A DNA stretch of 63,825 nucleotides, filler included, from Phoronis australis (lineage: Eukaryota > Animalia > Phoronida): NCBI GenBank assembly GCA_002633005.1. It is 8 parts of 8 records of this genome, joined end to end, with 100 filler letters (N's around TTAATTAATTAA, not from the genome) between each part and the next. Parts side by side here need not be neighbours in the genome. Positions count along the whole stretch, not along the records: positions 16,121 to 40,470 come from NMRA01000061.1; positions 40,571 to 47,472 come from NMRA01002094.1; positions 47,573 to 51,427 come from NMRA01002807.1; 5 more parts are not named here. One strand, written 5' to 3'. The notes beneath the pieces were generated by a model. It ran no database searches, was not told the DNA's origin, and saw only the letters and a program-made list of their open reading frames with translations. This document shows positions 39,451-50,789 of the stretch, piece after piece. A program made the translations under genes and the position numbers. Within the stretch, counting starts at the first letter, position 1. Every line of letters starts with the position of its first letter.

Positions 39451-40278
39451 ATATCTCAGACATAAAATTTTAAGAGGGGGCTCTAAATCTGCCACTGAAA
39501 TTCTCATTTGAAAAATGGCCACAATGATTGTTCTGGCTCTGATATCGTTGGTAAAAGCAAAAAAACTTACTGTGTAACGCTCTTTAGTCTGCTGTGCTTG
39601 AGATGAGATGTTTTCACCTGCGTTCACTGTTGAATTCGGTAATTAAATGGTAAAAATCGGTAACCGGTCGTCGATTGGCCGTGCACAACCCTCAATTTTT
39701 AAATTATGTGGGTATATATTATTCTGAAAGGGTAGCCAGATATTAGTGCAGAAAATAAAGTCTTGCGTCGTGTGTATATGTTAACAAAAATTAATCTAGC
39801 AATGCACCCGAGTTGTAAAACGATCTAATCGATGAACATGAAACGAACAGCTGAACTAGCAGAAGTAAACAAAGGTCACGTGGGTAGAGGTCACCTACAC
39901 TGACAAGAGTAAAGGTCACCTACTTGACCTCCCTGCACGCGCACAGACCCTAGCTCTTCCGGGTGTAGTGGGGAAAAGAAGCGTGGCCTTTTCGCGTTCA
40001 TCGTAAAAAATCGACGTTGCAAGTGAAGGAAACTTGTCTACGCTCTCGTCCTTTGTTTCTAACCTTTAACCCATTTTTAATAAAGGGGTGTACTGTTTTT
40101 GTCACATGTTGATAGTGCATAATCTATGGTTCTACAATGTATTAATCGTGTTAAATGCATATATATGAACTGGTCTCATTGAGGTGCACAGCAAATAAAT
40201 TAACTATAACAAATTAAAGTTTTGAAAATATAAAGAGCAGTAACAGACTCCCTAAAAATCAGGCTTGTTTTCGAAAGG

Positions 40279-40326
40279 TTTGCGCCATTGGTGATCCGAT
40301 TGGTTCAATCGCTTGCGGCGGGAAAA
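40279..40326 (-). promoter_or_regulatory. Cluster of E2F-like and CCAAT motifs
   Basis: TTTTCCCGCC (40317-40326, minus strand), ATTGG at 40287 and 40299, tttgcgcc; motif match only. Confidence 0.3.
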
Positions 40327-40964
40327 TGATAGACCCAGTTATTGTGCGCGTGTACACTGTATCAATGCTTTGTATCTTATTCTTATTTGTCTAATCTGTT
40401 GATACAGTAAATTTCCTTATTTATGCCCATCCTGATTTAACCCCGACTTGAGCTCCTTGGGTTCTACCATNNNNNNNNNNNNNNNNNNNNNNNNNNNNNN
40501 NNNNNNNNNNNNNNTTAATTAATTAANNNNNNNNNNNNNNNNNNNNNNNNNNNNNNNNNNNNNNNNNNNNGGGGTTACAATCCCTTAAAGTTCAAAGTCT
40601 GAGTCAGAGTCGAATCTTAGATTAGGCCCAACATGGCCCTGGAATACCTGAATGAGGATTTTGCATTTAGAGTGTTGTAAGCCATATCAAATAATAAAAC
40701 TTCTTGGGCAAATCAAACAACTTTAGTGTTACTGTACTGAAGTCCAGTAAAAAGCAATGGAAAGATGCCCAGGTACAAAAACAACCAAAAACGTTCTGCA
40801 GGACAATTTTCTATTTTTATATTTAAATGAAACACCATGGGAATTTGGATAGAAGAAAAATGGAATTTTACCGTGGTAACACATCTCTTAACTGAGGGTA
40901 CTACTCCCGGCCCCTAGATGTCACTTTGCAACAGTCACAGTACCATACTGTTTACTAGAATTAC

Positions 40965-41154
40965 CTTGGTCCTCATTGTCACTTGTTCCTCCTGAAGTAT
41001 CTTGCTTTTCTACTCTGACTAGTTTCCGAGGCAACCCCCTCATAAGTCGCCGCGTTGACCTCCAACAGGAGGGGTGCTGGCACAGCTGCTCGCATACTGC
41101 CTCATCCACCTCAAAAGGGGGCGCTGAGTACCCCCTCTTGTGCTTGATCATCAT
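40965..41154 (-). CDS. C9orf43: C9orf43/DUF4647-like protein, first coding exon
   Basis: DEAVCEQLCQHPSCWRSTRRLMRGLPRKL resembles the recalled DETTC..[21 protein letters not shown] motif; gtaatt donor. Confidence 0.65.
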
Positions 41155-41249
41155 GACATAAAAACTTCACAATCTACAAAACGAGTAATAAGCATGGGTA
41201 TTTTTCATAGCCTTTTGTGCAGTCATAATGTAATGTCGTTGGTTGTATG

Positions 41250-41486
41250 ACGTATATAGAGCTAACAGGGCAGTCCCAGATTACACGGCAGTAAAACAGT
41301 CCTTTATCCCAGAAATAAGAAAGGACGTGGCCTAGTTTTGAAAATCAGGCATATTTTCGTGTCTCTCATTGATGTCAAGAAGGTGAAGAATTTAAAATCC
41401 CGCATCCATGGGTATTTGTCCAGTTTAACAAACTTTTTCAAGTCAGACTTGTAGCCCACAGCACAGCAGTAGTACTTTGTTAACAT
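41250..41486 (-). pseudogene. THAP-domain remnant
   Basis: YYCCAVGYKSDLKKFVKLDKYPWMRDFKFFTF; decays downstream. Confidence 0.55.
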
Positions 41487-41768
41487 TGGAATGGTGAATA
41501 GAGTAATGCAACTGAGAAAACTTGTAAAGAATCAGACAACAACAAATAACACGTGATACTCCAGTGGCATGAAAATGAGGCAGCAAACATGCCTGACAAA
41601 GGTTTATTGCGAGATTCAAGTATCGCTGTGTAATCTAGGACAGCCCTATTGAATGACATAAGAATCATGCTGTATCAGAATTGGAGCCAACAACATCAAA
41701 GTAAGTAAAACACATGCAATGAAACCATTTATATACGCTAACACGGGATAAACAGTCATACATTTTGA

Positions 41769-42647
41769 TAGGCAATGACCATCGCCTCTGTTGGCCTGAA
41801 CCAGAGGCGATGCAGAGGCTATAGGCGCTCTGTACGCCGGAAGCTTTTCGGCGAATTATGCATCGCACCGACTAAACCATCAAAGTCACGTTATAAATAC
41901 CTTTTGCGCGTAGAGGAACACCTTAGGAGGTTGTTAATGTGTTTAATTCCTTCCAACTCGAACAAATACTCCCGTTATGAAACTTTTTCTTCGAGCAGTC
42001 TCTATTTCAGTTCCCAAAATCGTGAAATCAACTTTTTCATTTTTTTAACCAGGCCGAAGGTCAGAAGTTGCGGACCTACCGGCGAACTTTGAAAGCTGAA
42101 GTTCCCGCCCTTCGTGTACGTGCTGCCGGGAACCAGCCGTGCATTTGCCGTGTTGTTAAACATTAAAATGTCAAATATGTGCACAAAGACTATNNNNNNN
42201 NNNNNNNNNNNNNNNNNNNNNNNNNNNNNNNNNNNNNNNNNNNNNNNNNNNNNNNNNNNNNNNNNNNNNNNNNNNNNNNNNNNNNNNNNNNNNNNNNNNN
42301 NNNNNNNNNNNNNNNNNNNNNNNNNNNNNNNNNNNNNNNNNNNNNNNNNNNNNNNNNNNNNNNNNNNNNNNNNNNNNNNNNNNNNNNNNNNGATTTTGGG
42401 AACTGAAATAGGGACTGCTCGAAGAAAAAGTTTGATAATGGGAGTATTTGTTCGAGTTGGAAGGAATTAAACACATCGACAACCTCCTCAGGTGTTCCTC
42501 TATGCGCAAAAGGTATTTATAACAACGTGACTTTGATGGTTTAGTCGGTGCGAGGCATAATTCGCCGAAAAGCTTCCGGCGTACAGAGCGCCTATAGCCT
42601 CTGCATCGCCTCTGCTTCGGGCCAACAGAGGCGATGGTCATTGCCTA
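41769..42647. mobile_element. Non-autonomous long-TIR transposon with 9-bp TSD, copy 1 (spans an N gap)
   Basis: TAGGCAATGACC...GGTCATTGCCTA with ~250-bp arms; TSD acattttga / acattttaa. Confidence 0.85.
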
Positions 42648-44000
42648 ACATTTTAACTGCTACCGGAACACAAACATCTGTTAGAGACTCAATACATGAC
42701 ACAAGTCATGGCCAAAGTTTCGTCTCAGGGAAAGCTTCGTGCACTGGCTTTTCTTTAAACAGATTTGAATTATTAACCATTACATTATACATCTCTTTGT
42801 TCTGAGAAAGTTTTGACGTTTACAGATGATCGATACGTATTATCTACTATCTAGATGTAATGCACCAAATAGCAAGAGCTGCTTACCATGCCCATGGTAG
42901 GTTACCCGTCTGACGGGAGATTACTACGACTAGTACTGAATTTGGCTCAGACAGTTGCCATTGATACCAATAGTACACCCGAAGATTTTTTGCAAATTAA
43001 GACCCAAATTGGCTGAACTACAGTCTACACACATTCACATTGGTAAAAGTGCCAACCCAAGCAACTGTATAGGGGCACAACCACAGGAGTCTTTCAAAGA
43101 CAAAGGGGAATTTGAAATGTGTTTTGATGGGGGAGGAATACTTCTTGAAATGAACAGAGAGTGCAAGGCTCCATTGTTTTCTATCATCATCCATGTGTAC
43201 TCTAGTTTTCCAAAGGCCAATCCAGAAAAAAATGAGCCCACGTCTTTTTTAACAAGGCAAGTCAGTGTCGTCTGTCTGTGGTAGTACTAATTTTTGAAGG
43301 AAATAATCGAGTAGAGTAGTAAAACCAGGCAGAACAACCCAAGAAACGAACCCGTGTAGCGGAAGCGAAATGTGTAAACCTTAATCAGAACACCACCTGT
43401 GCCTGCACTGAACTTACCGGTAATTAGGTGCTACATAATCTCAAATAAATACGTTGAAACCACATACAAAGGCAAAAATGTACTTAAAAGTCCACCGACA
43501 TCGACCTAACCTAAGTCCACCATATTTGTTTTTAAATCCCTGGCAACTTTCACGATGTCCCAAAAAATGGTTACAAATTTTAATTTTAAAAGCTTTGTTT
43601 TGTTTGCTTTTAAGTTTATTTAAAAACACCGTTTTAATGACGAAAAATATAGTTGTGAAGGAAAACATACAGTCTAACTTATTCTTAAAACTGTCCGTTT
43701 GTTTAAAAAAAACCCTGTGTGCGAGACTGCTGCGTATTTCGTGTCAAGATCTGCGCACGCATCTCGAGCATTTCAATTTTATGGAGTGCAAGCTAAAATA
43801 AATCATATTTAGTCAATCATTATTTTTTCAATTACATTATTATAAACACGACAAAAATCATCTTTTTACATTTCATATGTTCAACTAAAAAGTAAAATGA
43901 TATGATAGTTTCTTTATTAAGATAAAAAAACAAGAAATCAAATGTTGTAGAAAATTTCTACTTCTCCCTAGGAATTTTGGAACTGATGTAAACGTTCAAC

Positions 44001-46615
44001 ATGGGAGACAGCAGTCGGGCCGAGAAGCTGGCTGCTGCCCGAAAAAAGGTAAACCTGTCTGATTGTACTTGTCCAATCATTTAAAACTGTTACTCAAATG
44101 AAGAAACAGTCTTTTTACCCAGTTCTTGTCCTTGGAAAGTTGCCTTATGCGGCTAGACGAACACTTTTCAGAAAATGTTTTGGTGTGTGGGTGGGACAAC
44201 TGTGGCATATGATATCGCCTTGGACTTCGTCGACACCGGAAAGTTCAATGCAGTCGACTGGTTCTTTGAATGTTCTAGTTAAGGGATTTCGCCTTCTCCA
44301 GTGAACCAGAGGTCAAAACTGTCAAACCTAACATTTTGTTATAAGATTTGGTCAGGGACCTCGATGTTTTGGTTTTTCGGGACGAATATCGGGTCCTTAC
44401 GGAATGTAGGCAATGACCATCGCCTCTGTTTGGCCCGAACCAGAGGCGATGCAGCTCCTATAGGCGCTCTGTACGCCGGAAGCTCGACTAAACCATCAAA
44501 GTCACGTTGTTATAAATACCTTTTGCGCATAGAGGAACACCTTAGGAGGTTGTCGATGTGTTTAATTCCTTCCAACTCGAACAAAGGTCATGAAGTCACA
44601 TCACCTAGCAAGCGCGGTAAAAATTGGAGCGTGCGCAGTATAAAAATGGTGAGTTCACGATTTTGGGAACTGAAATAGGGACTGCTCGAAGAAAAAGTTT
44701 GATAACGGGAGTATTTGTTCGAGTTGGAAGAAATTAAACACATCGACAACCTCCTGAGGTGTTCCTCTATGCGCAAAAGGTATTTATAACAACGTGACTT
44801 TGAGGGTTTAGTCGGTGCGAGGCATAATTCGCCGAAAAGCTTCCGGCGTACAGAGCGCCTATAGGAGCTGCATCGCCTCTGGTTCGGGCCAACAGAGGCG
44901 ATGGTCATTGCCTATACGGAATGTACCCTACCCTCTCTGCTTCTGACTGACAAAACATAAAAAACACCAAATTTCCCCCATGAGACCCCATAATTCCCCT
45001 CAAAGGATAACTTTTGTTTAGAGTCACTTTTAACTCACACAGAAAAATTAGTAGTAACGGGGTGATTTTTCCCTCGCCCAAAAAATTCCCCTCTGTGTGT
45101 GTGAAACAATTTAGAAAGCAGCCAAAGGCGCAGGCACGTTAAGTGCATGAGGAACCGGCTGATTATTTGTACATGGCTATGGATTCCCTAAATTTTCCAG
45201 ATTGAGGTTGCTCTTATATTCTGACCTGTTTGGATAAACTTATGTAACATTTCCTTTAAGCATTTGTATAGTTAGACATGCAATGACCAACATTTCTAGC
45301 TGGCAGTAGAGACAGTGAAGCTCCTATAGGTGCTTCATACGCCTGAAGATTTTCAGCAAATTATGCCTCACACTGATTGAAAAGGGGCACAATGTAAAAA
45401 TGGCCAGTTGCTGATTTGGGCAATTGAATGAAGGACTGCTCAAAGAAAAAAATTGATAACGGGAGTATTCATTTGAGTTGGAAGGAATTAAAGACATCAA
45501 CGGCCTCCTAAGGTGTCCCTCTATGTGCAAAAGGTACTCTTAACAACGTGACTTTCAGATATTTGAATCAGTGAGAGGCATGATTTTTGTGAAAACCTTA
45601 CGGCGTATGAAGCGCTTAGGTTCACCATCTCTACTGCCAGCTAGGGACAGTGGTCATTGTCTATTTTACTGTGAACACAGATAAAAGTGCTCATTGCTGT
45701 CCGAACGGTATTAAAATATTATTATTATTGTGAAAACCTGTCTTTTCATTGCTTCTTTCTCTTTAACAATTTCATCGTGTTGTGATTAACTTGTTTGGAA
45801 CTCTTGGTTCTATCTTCCTGTTATTGACCTTTGTTCTAACACTAGACTTATTAATCTTATCCCACCTTTTGTTGACTACTTTACAAGAAGTAGCAAAATT
45901 TTGTCAATTTGTTGCCCAATTTTTATAGCTAAATTATTCAACTCAATAGCTACATGGCTTGACTGATACCCTGTTGGTGACATACGACTCAACATCTAAT
46001 TTTGTACCTGTAACGATCATTTTTATCTAAAAGCAATTTGGTTATTAACCAAAAAGACTTTTTAATCTTCTCATTAGTACACCATTCGTCAAAGTGCAGT
46101 ATCTGATTTTAGTGCACGCTAAGGGTGCAGTAGACTGCTACCATTCTAACTTGTTTTCACTTCCATTGGCGCCATGTTCACCGGGCGCACCCTGAACGGT
46201 GCCAGGTCATCGTTGCTCTGCGATGGTCAGTAATGCAACCATCCCCATTATTTAGGTAAGGTCTGCAACCAGTCCAAGTATAATGATTGTTTCTTGACTT
46301 AACTGTGGTGGCGCTAGTTCTGTGAATTATGCGCAGATTGACTGGCCTTCCCTGTTCACTCTTTTGTGTCTGTCTGCAGCTAAAGTAGTTCCGGCCGCAC
46401 CCTGAACGGTGCCAGGCCACCATCACTCTGCTATGGTACATATAATGCAATCATCCCCATTATTTAGATAAGGTATGCAACCAGTCCAAGTATAACTCTT
46501 TTATGTCTATCTGCAGCTAAAGCAGTTCCAACAGAAGACGAGACGTACACCAGCCAGCTCCCCTGCGGGGTCTGGTAAGGGCAAGAAGTCGAAGAAAGAT
46601 GAACAGACAGAACAG
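44001..46615 (+). CDS. GOLGA2: Golgin GM130-like protein, first two coding exons
   Basis: 44001-44048 MGDSSRAEKLAAARKK and 46517-46615 LKQFQQKTRRTPASSPAGSGKGKKSKK match the basic GM130 N-terminus (RQSKLAAAKKKLREYQQ). Confidence 0.75.
44407..44914. mobile_element. Long-TIR transposon with 9-bp TSD, copy 2
   Basis: Same termini as copy 1; perfect TSD tacggaatg (44398-44406 and 44915-44923). Confidence 0.9.
45273..45663. mobile_element. Older relative of the same long-TIR family
   Basis: caatgacca...tggtcattgtcta ends; shares the gagttggaaggaattaaa...aacaacgtgacttt core. Confidence 0.7.
46186..46530 (+). repeat. Tandem duplication including the GM130 exon-2 acceptor
   Basis: Two copies of gcaccctgaacggtgccagg...caaccagtccaagtataa...tctgcagctaaag(t/c)agttcc. 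Confidence 0.85.
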
Positions 46616-48455
46616 GTTTGTGATACCTGTAGTATTTGGAACTGCTCAGTAACAGAGTGCAAATTTGATGGTCAAATTATGTTCCTATCATCCATACAAG
46701 ACTGGAAAATGTGCCACTTTCAAGTAAAAATAGTGAAAGGGACCAACATTAGTTGTTTTCATGGTTTCAAGAAAAAAGGGGGCATGGGGAGGAGCTATTA
46801 CAGCAATTTTGCGAACCAGATGGGTGTGTACGTCTTACTAGCATGGTGACGTCTTCGCTGAAATGCTTTCAAATTTGAAGCCCACAGGTATCGGACTGGA
46901 GTTACATAATTATTTCAATTGCTTGGCAGTTCTGTTTGTCTTGTAATTGAAGAAGTATTGATGAATAATTTCTTGTCTTGGGTAATGCTCATGTTCAAAT
47001 TATATTCCATCGCAGTCATTCAATGTGTGAAGTTGTGAAAGGTAGAAGTAGATGGGTAATGAACCCACCAAATTTAACTTGTAGTTTCCTCATTGTGCTG
47101 GCATTGGTTTCACTAAGCAGTATGGGTTCTTATTCTAAAAGGAAAATTACAATGGGAATCTTCAAATTATGACCTTTTTATTTTTCCCCAATCCAGTGTG
47201 AAACTTTACGAGTCATTTTAGGTCCTAACTTTTGCCAAGCTGTCAAAAGATGGATTTTCCCCGTAAGGTGTAAACAGTTATTGAATTGACCTGGCTAAGG
47301 TTTGGAAAGCAGGCCAGCCCTGTAATTTCCTGAAGCCTTCTTTTTACTCACAAATTTTCTGGATGGTCTGGCATCGAATAGGAGTTTATATCATGGCTTG
47401 AGACCAATATTGTAGGTGAAAGTGGTCTTCAAACTTAGACATAATGTCCTCAGACTAACTACTTGAGACCAANNNNNNNNNNNNNNNNNNNNNNNNNNNN
47501 NNNNNNNNNNNNNNNNTTAATTAATTAANNNNNNNNNNNNNNNNNNNNNNNNNNNNNNNNNNNNNNNNNNNNTGCAATGTCGACATACAAACAATAAGTT
47601 TTACCTAGTAACGTTTGTTTGTCGGGTAAAATGGCGACTTGGAAACGAAGGTGTGTCAAGAATGCTGCGTTCTGATTGGTCATTTAAGCCGTCACTCAAA
47701 ATCGTGGCGATAGATCAATTGCTGAATGACCCTCTATTGCAGGTGCCAGGTCTACTAATTCCCACCCCCTTTTGTAGGTTAGTTAAATTTTTCAGCTGAG
47801 GCCAATGCAATGGGCTTTTTGCAGGGGAAGAAATGGAAATTTAGGGGCCTATTGAACCCTGCGTGGGGCCCACAAAACTTGCTGAGAAAGTACCGCCTAC
47901 CCGTAATTTTTGATACACTCCTGCGGGCACCTTGTCAATATGAGTGAGCCCCGTGCTTATTCCTTAATTGCTTTACTGTTCAGTATAGATTGTGCAAAAA
48001 TCTCACCAATTTCAGGACACATGGCTGACAAGGGAAATTTCATCATTTTTTAAGAAAGATATGTCGCATGTGGAACTTGCATGCTAATTCCTTATCTCTG
48101 TGATTGCTTGGTCAAATTAGTTAAAAACACAACATATAGCAACAATGTAAATATGGAGTAGGTTAAAACTTGCCAAATGCTTTAAGAACAAGTTTGGTGT
48201 CGAAAATGATCCGTTGTAAATCACACAACCGTGTCCAGCAAGTATCGTGACGTGGTGTTGGGGAATAAGATCGCATGATGCGGGTTATGTGAGCCCCCAA
48301 GCTACGTCATTAGTGCAAAGGTCACCTATTTGCAGAATTTTTTGTTTTCACATTTACAAGTTGTCAATGAATACAACAGAACTGTACTTTGTTTAGCGTA
48401 GATTATGTTCAGATAGCATTGTTATTTAGTTCCAGCTATACATTAGCATAGTTAG

Positions 48456-48611
48456 CAGTGGCAGATTTAGAGGGGGACCAAGGGGGCCACGGCCCCCCCT
48501 AAAACTCTCTCAGATTCCATTTGGCAATTTGAGGGTGCGAATGTCTGACGGCCAAATCCTGGCTAATGTTCTGCCCTGCCCCCCCCTAACTAAAAATCCT
48601 GGAACCCCCTG
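48456..48611. mobile_element. Short CAGTGGC-terminus MITE (hAT-like)
   Basis: cagtggcagatttagag...aatcctggaaccccctg; exact reverse complement of its first 17 nt occurs at ~39481-39497. Confidence 0.55.
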
Positions 48612-49692
48612 GTTATCATGCAAATACATCTTTAAAAATGGGAATTACTTTTGTCAGACATTAAATAGATTTTTAGCATAGCATAGAGGAATGGAAGTGA
48701 AATTCTAGTTTGCTCTACATGAAGTGAATGGATTTTGAAGTCGCTTTCCCACTAAATTTTCATCAATTGCAAACAACTAAATGGAGAAGTTGGCACTTGT
48801 TTTGTTTTTCAATGACATCTTGCAATGCTGTTAATAAATAAAAGTCTAGAAACTTTCTAAAAATATTGTATGATTGTAGATGTGGTGCAGTGCGTTAAAA
48901 TTGTTAAGTATTAATTTGGTCATTCTATTTTCATGGAGAAAAGTGAAAAAATTTAAATTACACTTGTCCACTATAGCCAGCGAGACTTTTATTGTTACAA
49001 GTCTAGTCTGAGGTGTGTCATAGAAGTAGCTTAGGTAAAAGCCTGATACCCTAGCACACTGTGAAACTGCTTTGTGCAGATTCTACCAGTGTATACGCCG
49101 TTGATGTCTTTAAATCCTCATCACTGGAACCAGTATTTGGCTTTGGATATCATTTGACATTTTGACAGGTTTCAGCCTTAATGAAAAACAGTAAACCATA
49201 ATCAACTTGAGACATGAACTTGTTTAAGTTTACTTTTTATGTCAACTAGATGGACATAGATGCATACGGCAGTTATATTTCATCATTTTTTCATTGTGAA
49301 TCTGAGCAACCGCCACCAAACCTGATCAGTACAATGGATTGAGAATCATTGAGATCATGGTAATTGGTGGGTGTTTACTCAGAACTCGAACTGAAAAACA
49401 TTTGGGGATGTTTGGGTTAGTACATCCTCAGTAAAAATTTTGTCATTCATGGTGATTTTAGTATCTGTTTCTTGCATTGTTACATATGTAGCAGCATTTT
49501 CAGGTCCTAAAGCTACAATTTGCAAGTTATTGACAAAAACTTACCACCACTTGTATATCATCTCAAACTACTTCCTGAATAAAAAGCTGGTTGTCTGACC
49601 TATTACCAGATGGCGCTGTGTGATGTGTAATAGCGCCACCTATTGCATTGCTCCAAACACCAAAACACCAAGCTAACAACCTGTTCTGGTAA

Positions 49693-50789
49693 GGGCTGTT
49701 CCAGCAAAATCTGTATGGGAGGGGGGAAGGCACTTTTATTTCGTACCCACCGCCCATATTTTTCATTTATTTCTCCAACCCATGACCCATATTTTTTTAA
49801 TTATTTTTAATAGGTTAAAATATAAAATCCAACACTTGCAAACAAATTGCCTCCAGGAGGACCTGTTAAGAACTTAGATGACTGACAGACAAGAACTAGT
49901 TGTCTTGTCCAATATTGTCAAAAACTAAAGTAGCCTGTGAGCAATACTTTTGGCAACCACCAGGTGTCTCTGTTCACCATGTGTCTATAATTTCAATGNN
50001 NNNNNNNNNNNNNNNNNNNNNNNNNNNNNNNNNNNNNNNNNNNNNNNNNNNNNNNNNNNNNNNNNNNNNNNNNNNNNNNNNNNNNNNNNNNNNNNNNNNN
50101 NNNNNNNNNNNNNNNNNNNNNNNNNNNNNNNNNNNNNNNNNNNNNNNNNNNNNNNNNNNNNNNNNNNNNNNNNNNNNNNNNNNNNNNNNNNNNNNNNNNN
50201 NNNNNNNNNNNNNNNNNNNNNNNNNNNNNNNNNNNNNNNNNNNNNNNNNNNNNNNNNNNNNNNNNNNNNNNNNNNNNNNNNNNNNNNNNNNNNNNNNNNN
50301 NNNNNNNNNNNNNNNNNNNNNNNNNNNNNNNNNNNNNNTATACTTCTATGTCAAGTGAATATTGGAACTTTTTTATCTTACTCCTCATACTTTTTATTTA
50401 AAAATCATCAATTTTCTTATATGTGTTAACACCAGTTTAGTGTTGCATAACTTTTCAATTCAATAGGACTGCAGACAAACAGTTGGCTCAAATCAAGTTG
50501 CCCATGACTTGATTAATGGCTTAGTGAACATATTGCACTCTGTTCACTGGCAATATGGGCTTTTTGTATTGGGATAAGTTAGGATATATGCCAATTGCAT
50601 TTTTTTGAGTTTTGACAAGTAACCAACCTGTCAACATTAACAGGTCAAAAAATACCACCCATTTTTAATGCATCACTCCTTACAGGAACGACCACCCATA
50701 ATTTGAGTTTTTTTCTGAAGACCACCACCCATGAATTTTTATTTCTACTGCCGTCCCTCCCCTCCCACACGGATTTACTGGAACAGCCC
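49693..50789. mobile_element. Harbinger/Tourist-like MITE (spans an N gap)
   Basis: taa|gggctgttccagcaaaatc...gatttactggaacagccc|taa. Confidence 0.85.

Larger units (their letters stand above)
35405..39995. mobile_element. 4.6-kb unit bounded by 83-bp inverted repeats
   Basis: 35405-35487 and 39913-39995 are reverse complements with 4 mismatches; flanks atccatcgt / gttcatcgt match at 7 of 9. Confidence 0.6.

Noticed and set aside
41775-44908. Repeated MTIASVG...RRKLFGELC ORFs as a gene family
   Set aside because: They are translations of transposon TIR arms.
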